DNA of 64,000 nucleotides, from assembly GCA_900617105.1 (NCBI GenBank), contig UYFQ01000373.1, forward strand, positions 1 through 64,000, given 5' to 3'. The notes below the pieces were generated by a model, which ran no database searches, was not told the DNA's origin, and saw nothing but the letters and a program-made list of their open reading frames with translations. Numbering within the stretch: the first letter of the stretch is position 1; every line of letters starts with the position of its first letter. A program made the translations under genes and the position numbers. Origin of the DNA: Hydrurus foetidus. Lineage: Eukaryota. This document shows positions 11,668 through 25,526 of the stretch, piece by piece.

Positions 11668-14600
11668 TCATCTATCAACAATACTTTCTATGCTGCTTCC
11701 TACACCGTACATACGTAACTCAATATCTTCATTTAGTACATCATTAACATAGGTTGGACTTGTCTCAACAACCACTCGATCTTCCAAACAAATTGCCGCA
11801 CCATTTTCAAACATTTTATCGATATTACTGCTGATGATTTTTTCTTCTTTTCTCACTTTTTTACTCTCAAAAATTCGTGCATTTTTTTGTCCAATTCTTG
11901 CTTCAAATGTATTTTCAATTTTCGATAGTGCTTCATCAAATATTTTCCACTGCATTTCAACTTCATTTATCGATGGAAAATATTCTCTTTTTCGATGACG
12001 AAATAAAATAGAATGTATAACTCTTGTATACGCTTCCATAGTCCAATCTGAATTCACGGTCTTAGCTTCATTTCCGTTAATTTCACCCACACTTTTCACA
12101 CTTAAGGAATCGTCTTGAGATAGATTTTTACGAATTTTGGCTGAAATCGGTGAATTCGGATTGTCCCAAGTAGGCATATCATCAACTGATAAAACCGATT
12201 TTTTCGAAATAACTGTTTTTCTTTTCTCTCGATTATTCTGTTCATTGAAATAGTCCTTCTCGTACATTTCTTCCTCTATGTACAAACCCTGACATTGGCA
12301 AAAATGGAGAGGTAAGATTGTATGTGAGGTGTAATAGATTATAAAATCGTATAAGCACTTGATTGTCGATTACAAGAAAGACGTGTTGCCCTCCTCAGTC
12401 AGTCGCATATTGCAAACAAATATCGAATAATGCATTGACTGGATATTTAAAATAAAATTCAATATTTTGTAGGACAAGAAGTGAGAAGAAGATAGCATAT
12501 GGATTAAAAAACATTTAAAGCGAAAACAAAAATAAAAAATAAAACAGTAAAAATAAATTACCGGTTGTGGCTGAATTTGAAGAATCAGAACTACGGATTT
12601 TAATTTTGTAATATCTGTATCGATCTCATTTAATTCCGAAAAAACGGAAATTCCGGTCATTTTCTGTATTTCATGTACAGCAGTACGGATTTTCGAGAAA
12701 TGTTCCGGTTTGTAAGCTATGCGAATGACTGACTCTTTTCTGTCCAGCCCTTTCCCAGCTGTAAGATGAAATGACGTATTACCCCACGTACTGCCAGGTA
12801 TCTATTACAAAAGAAATTGTAAATGGCATTATTAGTATTAGATTCTGATTGGACTTTAGTACGCATGCATTTTTATCATTTCTGAGAGGGATTATTATTA
12901 AGACACTGTAAAACAATGTGTAGAATTTTCTAGTATACTTTCATGATTTATTTTGTGAATAAATTACAATAAAAAGTCATACATCTATGGCATGAAAGTT
13001 GATATTCGAGGTATTTAATTCGAGTAGATTAGAACCAACGTTAGCTCCTTAGTGTTACAGTAACAGTGAAACCCTCCCACTGAGTGTCACGAAATTCAAC
13101 CAATAACATTTATTTAAATTACGTAGTATAGTGCAATTTTGAGATTCACAGCGGTGAATGAGGTGTTATTGTTACTTTTGGTCTGATAAATTAGTCAGTC
13201 ACAAAAATTGCGATGGTCAGATCACGCCTGGTGATAACACCAGTATAAAATCGTACAAAAAGACTCAAAAGACGGTATTTACCTGTATTTTACACGACGA
13301 AAAAGTACTTGTTGTGGATTCCAATTTGACTCCTCTTTCCGTAACGTACGAATCGTACTGACCGACTACAATATCGGAGTGGTTTAGAGGTCGAATAGAG
13401 TTCAGCACTTTTAATCTCATATTGCTTATGTGCTCTGATCTTACAGTATCACTCATTGCATCATATAATCCAGGTGCTACTGTTTTATCGTTATCATAAT
13501 AAAGATGATCATTTTTATCATTATTCGTATTTATTTTGATTTTCTCATTGTCACTGCTTGAGATGCTATAATTGATATTATTCAATTTTTGAGTTTCAAT
13601 AATTTTAGATACATCTGCACATGTTAGAGTAAGTAATTGAATTAAATGATTTTGAATAATATCTCGAACTATTCCGCAGCCATCAAAATATCCACTTCTA
13701 CCATCTAATATGTTAGTATCACTAAAAGTGAAATCTATTTTTGAGATGTAATTACTATTAAAATATTTTTGGAATAGGCTTGATAAAGAGGGTATTTGTG
13801 ATGTTTTTAACGGCAATATAACAGCTGCTAAATCTTTTGCCACATAATGGTCTACACACCACACTGAATCGTCACAGCCGTCAACAGCTTCATTTGCCAA
13901 ATTTAGTATCTCTCGAGATGTTTTTAAATCATATCCAATTGGTTTTTCCAAAATGATATCTAGTACGTCATTTTTATTCCTATCTATTTTAACTGCGTTA
14001 GTGAATCTTGCATGACCGGTTTCCTGATTTTTCGTTGATGACAAAAATGGCTGATTTTTTTCTGCAGAATATTCTTCGATATTTTCATGGATATTTTCAC
14101 TCGATATTTTTGATGACTTTACACCTGGTCTTTTCATTAATGATCGAATTTCCTTGATAGCTCTCAGAGGTGGTAAATACTGCTTAGGAGGCAAGGCGAA
14201 ATAAACAATATTCCTCACGCATTTTGTGTTCTCATCAATATCAGAAGGATGATCTTTTAATTCATCTATTTCATTGTCAGACAGCATATTTCCACTTCCA
14301 TCTTTTGATATGGATTCTGTTTGATCATACAGTAACTCTGACATTGCTGATACATCGTAACTCTTCACACATGTGTAGAAACATTTTGACAGAAATTCTG
14401 CAATTTTCTTTTCATGATGCATTCTTTCGATAGATGTTGAAGTCAGAACAATGGGCGGTAAAGTCACACTAATCTTGTCCCTGATTGAGTCATCCGACCA
14501 CATTGACCGACCAACTAATTTGATACTGAAATCACTAAAATCAAACTTGCTGAGCGTTGTCTTCGTCGATAGCAGTTCGTTATCCAGTGCTGATCGTGTT

Positions 14601-14890
14601 CCTTCATTCCTTATACCTTCTCCTATGCTGTATTGCTTGAATAAGTCAAAGAGACTAGGAACTATCTTTGAGGAGGATAGGTCACCCGATCCACCCAAAA
14701 TAATGAAATTGTTAGCAGCAGTGATGGCAGTCACAACACGTAGCTTGGAGTACTTTTTATTCCGAAGTGAATGTTGCTGTAAAATTTGGTAACGATGGCT
14801 ATACGAACAGACGAAACCAATTTTCGTTGAGAAACTTATGATAGTATAGCACACGATAAGACAGTAGACGCGCTCGACCATTGTGTGCAT
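11668..14890 (-). CDS. G6PD: Divergent glucose-6-phosphate dehydrogenase-like protein with hydrophobic N-terminal leader; 3 exons (14890-13283, 12801-12562, 12288-11668)
   Basis: ILGGSGDLS, YFALPP, LEKPIGYDL, VDHYVAK, GRSGYFDGCGIVRDIIQNHLIQLL, VVGQY; exon 2 WGNTSFHLTAGKGL...LQIQP; exon 3 EAYTRVI...EVEMQWKIFD. Confidence 0.85.
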
Positions 14891-15483
14891 CTTGATACAG
14901 ACAGAGTGGATTACTGCAATATAACTTCAATAAGATATGATGCTTGTCCTCATAGACATCACAAAGATTCGTTGTTTGCAGTTCCAGAAATGCTGGTCAG
15001 CTCGCCGAAAGGAGACGCCTGCGGAAACGACAATTGACAATACAACTCAAACTTAGAAATGGCTGACGAGAAGATCATGATGAAGTGGAAGCTATTTGAC
15101 GTGTCTTCTTGGTTCTTGGTGACCGAGTTTTCACTTAAAACCCCTACCTTAACTCTAATATAACCCTAATATAGCCCTAAAGTAGTTCTGTCTTTTGCTC
15201 TGTGACAAAGCCGTGTAAGAACCCAGAACTTATAAGATTGTTTGTAACCGAAATGGAAAACTGAAGGAAACCGCTGTATGTAGCGGAGTGCACAGTGCAC
15301 CGAGAACAGAGCAATTATATCTCTATCATATCAGCATCCCAGCAAAAGCTGCAGTACCAGCTGTCTACGACGGGAATCTTTCTGGTTGTTCATCCTTGAA
15401 ACTTCAAATATTGCGCTGATGGCGGCTCTTTAAATTTTATTACGTACTACTGCGGAGAAAGTTCTGACGAAAACAAATTCGCG

Positions 15484-18400
15484 ATGCAGCTGCCCAGAAA
15501 TAATCTGATCACCCTCCTTCAGATAACTGTGATTTTTCTGACTATCTGTTGCGCTTCTATTTACGCTCAAGTCTGTCCGAATAGTTGCAGTGGTCAGGGG
15601 AGATGCGTGAATCCAGGAATGACTTGTGCGTGTTTTAAAGGTTACACCGGTGGTGATTGCTCCCAGAAATTATGTCCATTTGATCTTGCGTGGGTAAGTC
15701 TCAAATAAACCCAGCGAAGAATCGATTTGAGCCCTCAGGAATTTCGTTACTGGGGATTAATCTTTCCCTGAATTACATATATGAAGCTCTTTTACGTTGA
15801 GATTCAGATGCTCAGCGTATATTTGTTAAGAGCGACTCATTAGGAGCAACTAGAAAGTTCTAATTTGCATCAATTTGGAATCATCCTGGTGCAAAATTAT
15901 GTGAAATGGAACGATTATTGACACCTCATGAAAAGAACATCGCACACAATTAAATAGATCAAAGCAGAGCGCTCAGTAATTCGATGAATCGATAAATGAA
16001 TAAAACAAAAGCATCATTATCTCATATCGACCACAAGAAACAAAAGAGACATAATATGACTCAATTCTTGATATCTCATACAGGCTGATATTGCTCAAGG
16101 TATCGACAATGCGCACAACACAGCGGAATGTTCGAACATGGGTGTATGTGACCGTACGGTTGGACTTTGTACGTGTCGGAAAGGTACATTCCTGTGGGAG
16201 CGACAATTTAGCCCTGCGACCCGGCCTTTGCACTTACCCCTAAGCCTATCCTATCCTAGCGCAAGACTTTAGAATGCTGGTTAAACGGGCTGTGTCACTC
16301 GGCTGGATAATCTTCTGCATTCCTGCACGATGATATTTACAGGATTCATACCGATATTATTACTATTTATCAGGCTCACATTGAGGTTACTGCTATTGAT
16401 AGCAATCGTGTTTATGGCACTGTCGATGACAGTGATGATTCATGATGTAATACAGTATATTACTTACAGAAAATTCTTACAGCAAATGCGTCAGGTTTGA
16501 TACTTTTTCCCTTGCTATTCTATTTGTTGACAGCAATATTATTGTTTATTACCATCAAATATTACATTCATGGCTATAACAATTCTATCAATTGACATAA
16601 GTAATAATAATCACAGCACTTTTATGACTACTTCTTTCTCTACCTTATTTCTCTACCTTTTTCTCTACCTTTTCCAAGGATTTTCTGGCAAAGCATGTGA
16701 GCGTCAAATATGTCCTGGCACGACATCTTGCAGCTCCGTGGGTAAATGTCTGTCGATGAGTTACTATGCATCGACAAAGAATAAAGGCTTAGGCGTCACT
16801 TCTTACCCTCCCACAAGTACGTACGTTATTTTATATAATCTGATGAAATTGTGGTTTACACTGAATCATTTCTCATTTATTTCTTCTTTATGTAATCTTC
16901 ATTTGTTTTTTCAAATTTCAGTTTTACTTGATTTTGAAGTCGATGCTATTTTTGTATTTCCCATCCTCAATTATTTTAATTTATTTTTGATATTAAATTT
17001 CAGTTAAATTGAAACTTCCCTTGCCTTTATGATCTAGACTCCTTTTCTTTTTACCGCTATTTGTCCGATTTTGAAAATCAATTAATAATAATAAAGTATT
17101 CTGATTTAACAGTTGCTAATATCTCTTCAACTATTTTTCAGCGGGCACTACATCAGTGTACACTTATACCAATAACTGGGATTCGACTAAGATATACGGA
17201 TGTCAGTGTGACGTGCATTACAGTGGATCGGATTGCTCAGTACAGAATTGTCCTGTCGGGGATGATCCATTGACTGGTGAGAAAAACAGATGTCTGACTG
17301 CTGAGAGAAATGAATGTAGGAATCAAAAGAGGGACAATAAACTTGTCGAAATTGCAGCAGAGAAGGGAGAGCGAAGAGGAGGCTAACGATAGAGGCAGGG
17401 GTGGAGTAAGAGAGATGAGGTGGAAAAGGGAAAGGTTAAAAAAAAAGGGGGAGAAAGAAAGAACGGCATAGGAAGGAAGATGAGGGAAGAAAGGATGTAG
17501 GGGAAAGAGAGAAAGTAGGGGAGAAGGAGGAAGGGAGTAGGGGGAAAATATTAGGAAATTTTAAAGATAAAGAAGAATGGGAAAATGGAGAAAAAAAGAG
17601 AGGATAAGTGTTAGGATCCGGAGTGGGAAGAATGGGTGAGGGGGAAGAGAGAAACCGGAATAAGAAGAGTGGTACAGATCAGGTGATAAGAGGTACCATG
17701 ATCTGTAAGTACAATGAATTTTTTTTTATGATAAGCATGGGAGAGGAAGGAGGAGGGGGCAAAAGATAGAAGCACTGTGATGAAAGGACAGACAGTGGGG
17801 GAGTGGAAGAGGGAGGGAGAGGAGGAGAGAGTGAGAGGGAAAGAAAGAGTAAGGAATGAAGGGGTAAAACAGAGAGAGACAAAAACAGGATCAAGAGAAG
17901 AAGTAGGGAGAAAGATAGAGAGGGGGGAAGGAAATGGGTGAGGAAGAAATGAGAAAATAGAAGAGATGAGAAGAAAAAATAGTGAACTATCATTAAAATC
18001 ATTTTTCTGAGTACGTTATTCAGAGTTACTCTACTTTATCCTTCACTATTGAAGACTGCATTCAAATCACTCAAATCACCAATTTTGGCTCATTTCCGTG
18101 GACAGGAAACGGTGTAAACACAATAACCAATCCTACTCAAGTGAACGAAGTTCAAAGAGTGAGTTGCAAGGCGGCTTATGGCACCTTCACATTAGGTGAA
18201 ATATCGTTTTATTTGATGCCAATACAAATTATGTCTCCTTGACTTGTGTCCAACTAATAGAATCGTAGTAATGAATATCTTTGGTATATTTCATACATTT
18301 TCTTGGTGTTTTGCTCTATCTCTCTACACTTATTTTTTACTCGTTTTTATTAATTACGATTATTAGCTTATAACGGTGCGACAACAGCGCCTATTCCGTA

Positions 18401-21400
18401 CAACGCAAAGGGGGCAGATTTAGTCGGATATTTATCAAATTTAATTACTATCGCATCTGGATCGTCAGGTAAGAAAAAATGAAATAAATAAAAAATACAA
18501 CAAGAACAAAACTTGACAGAGAACATCGAGGAATTTTTTCATTTTTTTATTTTTTTAGCATGTCCATATTCAACTAATTTTATGAAATTTATCGTGCTCG
18601 CTTGATGATCTATGATCACATCATTTTCGTCATGATGTTTCTATTTTTACGATTCGCTTTTTATCACGACTTTTTCTCATTCCGATCTTTATCATTCTCC
18701 GACGATTCTCTGCCCTTCTCTTCTCATCTCTCATTTACTCCACTCTTCATTGATATCCTTCCTGCCTTTTTCCTCACCTCTCTTTTGTTCTCTTTTTTCT
18801 TTTTCACTTCCTTTCCTACCCTATTCTCTTCCCTGCTTTTCCCTTCCCTTATCTCTTTCTATCCTGATAATAGCGGTGATAAAAGTTGTTATGTACGGCA
18901 CTCAAGCTTGCCTTGATGCCGGCACCGCTTTCACAGTAGAGTTCCTAAGAAACTTCGGTACGTACGTCATCGGAACGTAACGTGCATCATCAAAACAATT
19001 CAGAATAATTCTTTTTATTCAATATATTTCTACGATGGTGTTCTTCATTTTTTGTGTTTAATTTTTAGTCAGCAAATGAAGCAATAAAGTGTCTCCAAAT
19101 GATGTTCCTTAACTCGGTTCGATATTACATGAGAAAATGTTATCATTAGATTTTTTTATTAATATTCCACATTATACTTTTATTCAAATATTTGATCATT
19201 TCTTAATCACCATCCAGGTAATCTTCCATTATTAGTATCAGACTCTACTAATTTGCATTTTCGAGACGCTCTGTCCGTAGCGTACGTTACGGTAACAAAA
19301 TCCACAGCGGGAACAAAAGAGAATTTGTTTTGTTCAAATCGAGGAATTTGTGATACATCGACTGGGTATTGTCAGTGCAATCCATATTTTGAAACTTCCA
19401 ACGGATATGCCATGCCAGGTAAGAAAAATGCGTTAAAAATGTTCTACGGACATATTACATTGCGAATGTTCACTTCTTCTTTGATTTCCCTTTACTGCAT
19501 TATTCCCTCATTCTTTTCTTATACACAGTCTCTCTCCCTATTTCCCCATCTCCTACCATTCTTTCCCCTCATACGCCTTCTCACTTCCTATCTCTCCCTC
19601 TTGATCCGATATTACCAAAGCAGAATAAAATGATACTATTTTGTACCAGAAAATCTCAGATGGAGTGATGATAATAAACACCCCACACGGCCCCACACCA
19701 TACTAACAAATAAAAAAGCAAAAAATGGCGAACGTTCCTCGGTTTTTGTATTTTTTAGTATGGTGTGGGGCCGTGTGGGGTGCTTTCACCACCACTCCAT
19801 CTGAGATTTTTTGGAAAATAGTATCATTTTATTCTGCCTTGGTAATATCTCTCTCATTCTCCCACTGCTTATCTTCTCCCTCCCTATCCCTCTCTATTAA
19901 TCCATTCCCTCTCTATCTCTTTTCTTGCTCTCCTTCTCCCTCCCTCTCCCCTTTCACTCACAATTTCTCCTTATTCTCTCCATTCTCTAGATCTCCCAAT
20001 ACTGACTCTCTCCCTCCATTTGTATCCCTCCCTACCCTTCTCTATTACCCGTCCCCTCTTTTTCTACCTCCCCATTTATCTATTATCCCTCCCCATTATC
20101 CTAGGCACTCGGGGAGACTGCGGATATCCTACCGTAGCTATTTCTTCCTGTCCCGGCCTGGTCACGTGTTCTTCTCACGGCCAGTGTCTCAGCAGTCCCA
20201 CGTACGCATGTGCATGTTCCGCAGGTACGTACGTACGCACGATATTCATGCGTTGTATTCGCATTTTTATTTTTATTTTTTATTTATTTTCTTTGTTTTA
20301 ACTTTTTCCCTTTCTTTTGACGTCTTCTTATATCCAACTCCATTTTTTTTTTCACCATTTTACTCCCTCTCTCACATCTTATCAATCTTTTCATTTATTC
20401 TTATTTACCATCTAATAACAGGATGGACCGGATCTGATTGCAGCGAGCGAGTGTGTCCCTCGTCGGTCGCATGGTTCGGCTATCCCGCTGCTCAAGATAT
20501 CGCGCACATTTCCGGTACGAACGGTAGAAGTGGCAAAAATTGTTGTATTCTTCAGTTTCACGTTTTTGATGACTGTATTGTATCGTATTGCATAATACTA
20601 TATAATATTATGTTGTGCTGTATTGCATTGTAGTGCAGTGTATTATACCATACTGTACTGCAGATTATTGTGTTGTCGATAGCTGTGATGTACTGTACTT
20701 TACATTTTATCATTTTGTGCTACGACATTTTGTTGTGTTGTGATGTGTTGTGTTGTGATGTGGTGTGGTGTGGTGTGGTGTGGTGTGTATTATTCTGAAA
20801 TGAAGTAAATTTTCTATCACTGATTAAATTTCGTAATGTACTCAACTATACTACACGTGACACTTCACCGCACAACTCTACACTATATCATATACTATAC
20901 TACGCTATACTATATATTATAGTATGCTATACTATGCCATATTGCTCTATACTGCACCATTGCAACTCCCCTCATATCTTGTCAACCTGTTACCTCCAGA
21001 TTACGTTGAGTGCGGAAATCAAGGAGTGTGCGACAGAGCGACTGGCGCTTGTGTGTGTTCCATAGGTAAGGACCCTAAACCTCTATAACCGACATTCCAT
21101 GTAACTTTTTCATCTTAATCTTTTTTCATTTTAATCATAATTTCTTAAATCTTAATCTAGTACGATCGTTTGATGTATGCAATTTATTTTTGCTGCTTTA
21201 TTGAAGATTTTTCTATTCCAATTCTGTATAGTTGTCTCTATCTATTCTCCTAACTCGAATTTCTTGCTCACTTTTTTGGATTTTATCACTACAATAAGAA
21301 ATGATTTAAATTCCGATCTATCATTCAACAAAATCACACATAACTTTCAGCATTCTCCCTCATGATTCACACATACTATATTAACCGTATCTCCGGTAGG

Positions 21401-24400
21401 TTTTACCGGAGAATCTTGCCAATATCTCACTTGTGCCGGATCTCCGGCTAATTGTAACGGACACGGCCAATGTTTGGACATGACGTCACTAGCTACCCTC
21501 GCTACCATCAATGGAGATGCTGGTACATCTAACTTCAACTTCAACATTAGATTCTAACTTCAGCTTCAACTTCAACTTCAACTATGAATTCAAATTTGAC
21601 ATCAAATTTAATTTTAACACCAACTTTACCATCTAATTCGATTGATAGAGGAAGCTGTGCTATTTGTTTTGATAGATGATGCACACCGCCTCATTAGCTT
21701 ACAATAAATACTAATACTACGTACGTATGGCTACAACTTCCAAATCTAGAGGTCATCGTATCTCCCTCCCTCCCTCCCTATCACCCTCCCTCCCTCCCTT
21801 CCACTCTCTCTCCTCCTCCCTCCCTCCCACTCTCCCTCCTCCTTTATTCTTCCTTCCTCTTCCTTCCTCTCTCAACCCCATTTTACCATTTACTACTTCA
21901 CTACTTCACCATTTACTTTACTGTACTGTACTGTACTGTACTGTACTGTACTGTACTGTACTGTACTGTAATGTACATATCTGTTTATCAACCTCTTGTT
22001 TGATTACCATAACGTCTTTGTTGTACTGCGTACATCTTGTTTCTCAGAGCACTCAAAAGCACTGTAGTTATTAGCCAAAATACTATTCTGCACTGTACTA
22101 CACACTATGAAAAACAATACAACACTACCGCATTCTTTACGACACAGTGTAATACTATATTATACTATACTATACTAACAATGCAATGCCACACCATATA
22201 CTGAATTAAAATACAATGCAATTAACTCCTTAATAATCGACAATCAATCATCATTACCAATGTTCCTAGGATACGATTGTTCCGAACGAACGTGCGTCAC
22301 TGGAGACGATCCCGTACGTACAGACAATCTTAATACATTTAGTGTATGTGTGCGTGTGTGTGTGTATGTATGTGTGTGTTCTTGGATTCCATCTGTTTGA
22401 CTCGTTGTATGACAGTCTATCTGTCCGCTTGTCTCGCTATCTATCGATTCACTTGATCCTCCTTTCCCTTCCTACGCTAAGCCCCATGCTAAACATTTTC
22501 TTCATATTCACAGTCTAATTTTTATTTCCATCCTTAGAGCACTCGAGCCCAAGCCGATGAAAGTCAACTAATAACGTGTACAGACGCGAACAATGTACGT
22601 TCACTCTGCATAGTGCTATCTCAAGCTGATTAATTTACCTATACATGACTAGAAAAATTATGGAATGTCCCCATACCAAACCCCTTGGGCATAGTACAAC
22701 CAAGACAGAGTAAAATGTTCGATAGATACAGATGAGATGGTTGAGAGAAATGTTGAAACAGTGATTTCAGCAGTGCTCAAACCTGTTTTCCTTCTTTGTT
22801 CTGAACATTTTATTTTGTCCCGGTAATAAACTAACTTGAGATCATTAGTCACGCACTTGACCAACTTTTTTCTTTCACCTCTTTCTTCTCAACTTTTTCT
22901 CCACCTCTTTTTCCTTAAGATTGGCACGGTGTCTTTTATGTTTCGGCAACAAATCACGTCTGCAATATCTGCGACAGGTAAAATGATCGCTGGATGTGTG
23001 TGTGTGTCATCAGCTGATACTTGTTGGTGTCAGCGTGTTTCCAGCAGTGTAGCTGAGAAAGTGTGCTTCATATTTTATCCTCCCCTCGTCCTCTCCCCTC
23101 CTCTGCTCTGCTCCTCTTCTCTGCTCCTCTGCTCTGCGCCTCTTAATCAGCACACCTCCATCCCTCTTACCATCCCTCCCTCTGCTTTTCATTCTTTCCT
23201 TCCTCCTTCTCTTTCTATTTTGTATTTGTCAGCAACCATCTGACCTCCCTCTACTATTTCATCCACCTGATCGTCTCTCTCCTCTACCTCTTTCTCCCCT
23301 CTACCCTTCGTATTTCCTTCTCTCTTCTCTTCTTCTCTTTATTTTCTTGACCACCTCTTGTCAAAACTTTCTCTGAACCCTCCTTTGACCAGCTACCCTC
23401 AGTCGGCATTATTGATCACCTTCTCCTTTTGCTACGTCACCTACACTCTCCTTTCCTTTCCTCTTTCTGCATCCTCACCTATCCTCTTCCCTCTTCTTGT
23501 TACTTCTTCTTATCTCTCCTCTTCAGCTACCCTCTCTCAACTCCAGACAGCCCTCCAAGCCCTCTCAAGTATCACCCTAGTCACAGTAGAAAACGTACGT
23601 TCTACCAGTACGGACTCTCTTTGCTCCCCCCAGGGATCTCAAATTTTGGTCACTTTTTTAACGGAACATGGAAATCTCCCGTTATTAACGGTATCGGCCA
23701 AATCGGGTATTGATAGTTTGTTGATCAGTGAATATGTCAGAGGTGAGAATTTTTAGAGTAAGATATTGCTGAATTTTTTCTATCCATTAATCGATCTATT
23801 TGCCTCTATCTAAAAAGCATCATTTTCCTGCTAATATCTTTATTTACACTTCAAGTGATTCAATCGTTTTTCATCAATACTTCCTCTCTCACTTCCCCTA
23901 CCATTTTTCTTCTCCATTTTACTTTCACCGTCTTCTTCTTTTTGTCTTTTTTTTCCTTCTCCTCTACTTCTCCTCTTTCGCCTCCTCCTTATTTTCTAAT
24001 TCACCTTCACCTCTCTCCTATCTTTCAGGTACAAAGGAGAATGTGGAATGTTCTGGTCGTGGTCTGTGCGACAGATTAACCGGAGTGTGCAACTGCTTCT
24101 CAGGTAAGACAGACAGACGGACTGATACACGCATATCTACACGCACAAACGTACATACATGCATACATACGTACATTTTTTTAATCATTTAAATTTCAAG
24201 TATTTCTTTCCCTTTCATTGGATTTTTCTATTCTCTGTTCCATCACTCTCTATGTAATTTCGTTTTTACAATCTTGTTACACTCTCCAATTATACCGATT
24301 CTCCGTTATATTATACAGGATACGGCTCTTCTAACGGTATGGGTGGTAAAGGAGTTAGCGGGGACTGCGGCTATCTTGAGCCGTATGTTTATGCACTTCC

Positions 24401-24407
24401 TAAATAA
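15484..24407 (+). CDS. Secreted EGF-like repeat protein of the stramenopile tubular mastigoneme (SIG1/Ocm-like) family, ~18 exons, internally duplicated
   Basis: Signal peptide, then [14 protein letters not shown]...[76 protein letters not shown] second copy of the same module ends [15 protein letters not shown]...GDCGY; stop at 24405-24407. Confidence 0.85.
19608..19849. mobile_element. Palindromic MITE-like element (~100-bp arms, TA-bounded) in a mastigoneme-gene intron
   Basis: TATTACCAAAGCAGAATAAAATGATACTATTTT...CACCCCACACGGCCCCACACCATACTAA is mirrored by TTAGTATGGTGTGGGGCCGTGTGGGGTG...AAAATAGTATCATTTTATTCTGCCTTGGTAATA. Confidence 0.8.
21918..21970. repeat. (TACTG)n microsatellite
   Basis: Directly visible. 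Confidence 0.9.
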
Positions 24408-25526
24408 TAACAGAAATAAATGAATAAAAAAATGAAGCAGGTAAATAAATAAAGAAGACAAAGAAGATGAGATACGTAAGAATTAAGAATGCTTCATGAA
24501 TAACAAAAGTGGATAATTAATATGGATGATGAACACAGTGCGGTAGGTGACCGAACAACATGTTGAAATATCGGAAAAAAGTTATCCTACTCTGCAGAAT
24601 TCACTTTCTGCACTAGACAATGAAAAAATTATTTAAAAATTGAAAAATTTAAGTTCGAAAGTCAAGTCAGTTATAAAAGGTTCATACAAGAGACACAGTT
24701 GGGCTGAACTAGAAGAGTACAAGCGTGAGACATCAACTTGAAAAGTCATCTTTTTGACGTGATATTGAATTTACTGAAATTATACACAGGTTGATTTTTT
24801 TATACTTCTCAATTATTGTAGCTTTCTTATGCTTTCTATCCGTTATTCAATGTCTGGTACATTATTGGCCATTGGGACGTCTTTCTGTGATTGGGAATGT
24901 GTGTGCGCATGTGTGTATGTACGCATGTACGTTCCGATGAGTTTGTCTGTATTTTTGATGTTAATGTGTGTATTTTTGTTATCTGGTGAGTTGGTTTCTT
25001 TGCAGGTGTGTGATTAGTAGGATATGAGATGTGTAAATATCATCTGACATAATGCAGAAACTTGGAAGGACAAACACTGTTTTTCTTTGCTGTTTCATTG
25101 TATCATAGAATTTGTTTTTGCAAAGCATGATCATTATCTCCCTTATGTGGCAGTTGATCAGTTACAAGTACAGCGGGCTGAATTATTATTGAATTAGCAC
25201 CGAGTACTCACTAAATATGTGTGAGGGGAAGACTGCCCTATAAACAGTGATCAATGATGGAAAGAAACCGTATAGGGTATTCGTTAATATCGTATACCGT
25301 ATCTTACGGTACGCTCGGCACGAAATCCGGATGTACTTACGGTACATGCTGTCGTTTTAAAGCGATCATGAGATCAGAGAGAGATCAGTGATCAGCTTCT
25401 ACTGCCGCATAAAACCATAGCGGAGAAGTCAAAGAGATTCGGCCAACTTCATTATTTTGAACCGATCGCTTCCAAACCACTGCGCATTTTCCCCTCTGAT
25501 TTTTGAGAGTATTTTGTAAGAGAAAA

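Noticed and set aside
15138..15182. Telomere-like AACCCTAA units
   Set aside because: Too few and too degenerate to call an interstitial telomere.
19725..20633. 302-aa ORF
   Set aside because: Mostly hairpin element and CT-rich intron; only the short Cys-rich exons are coding.
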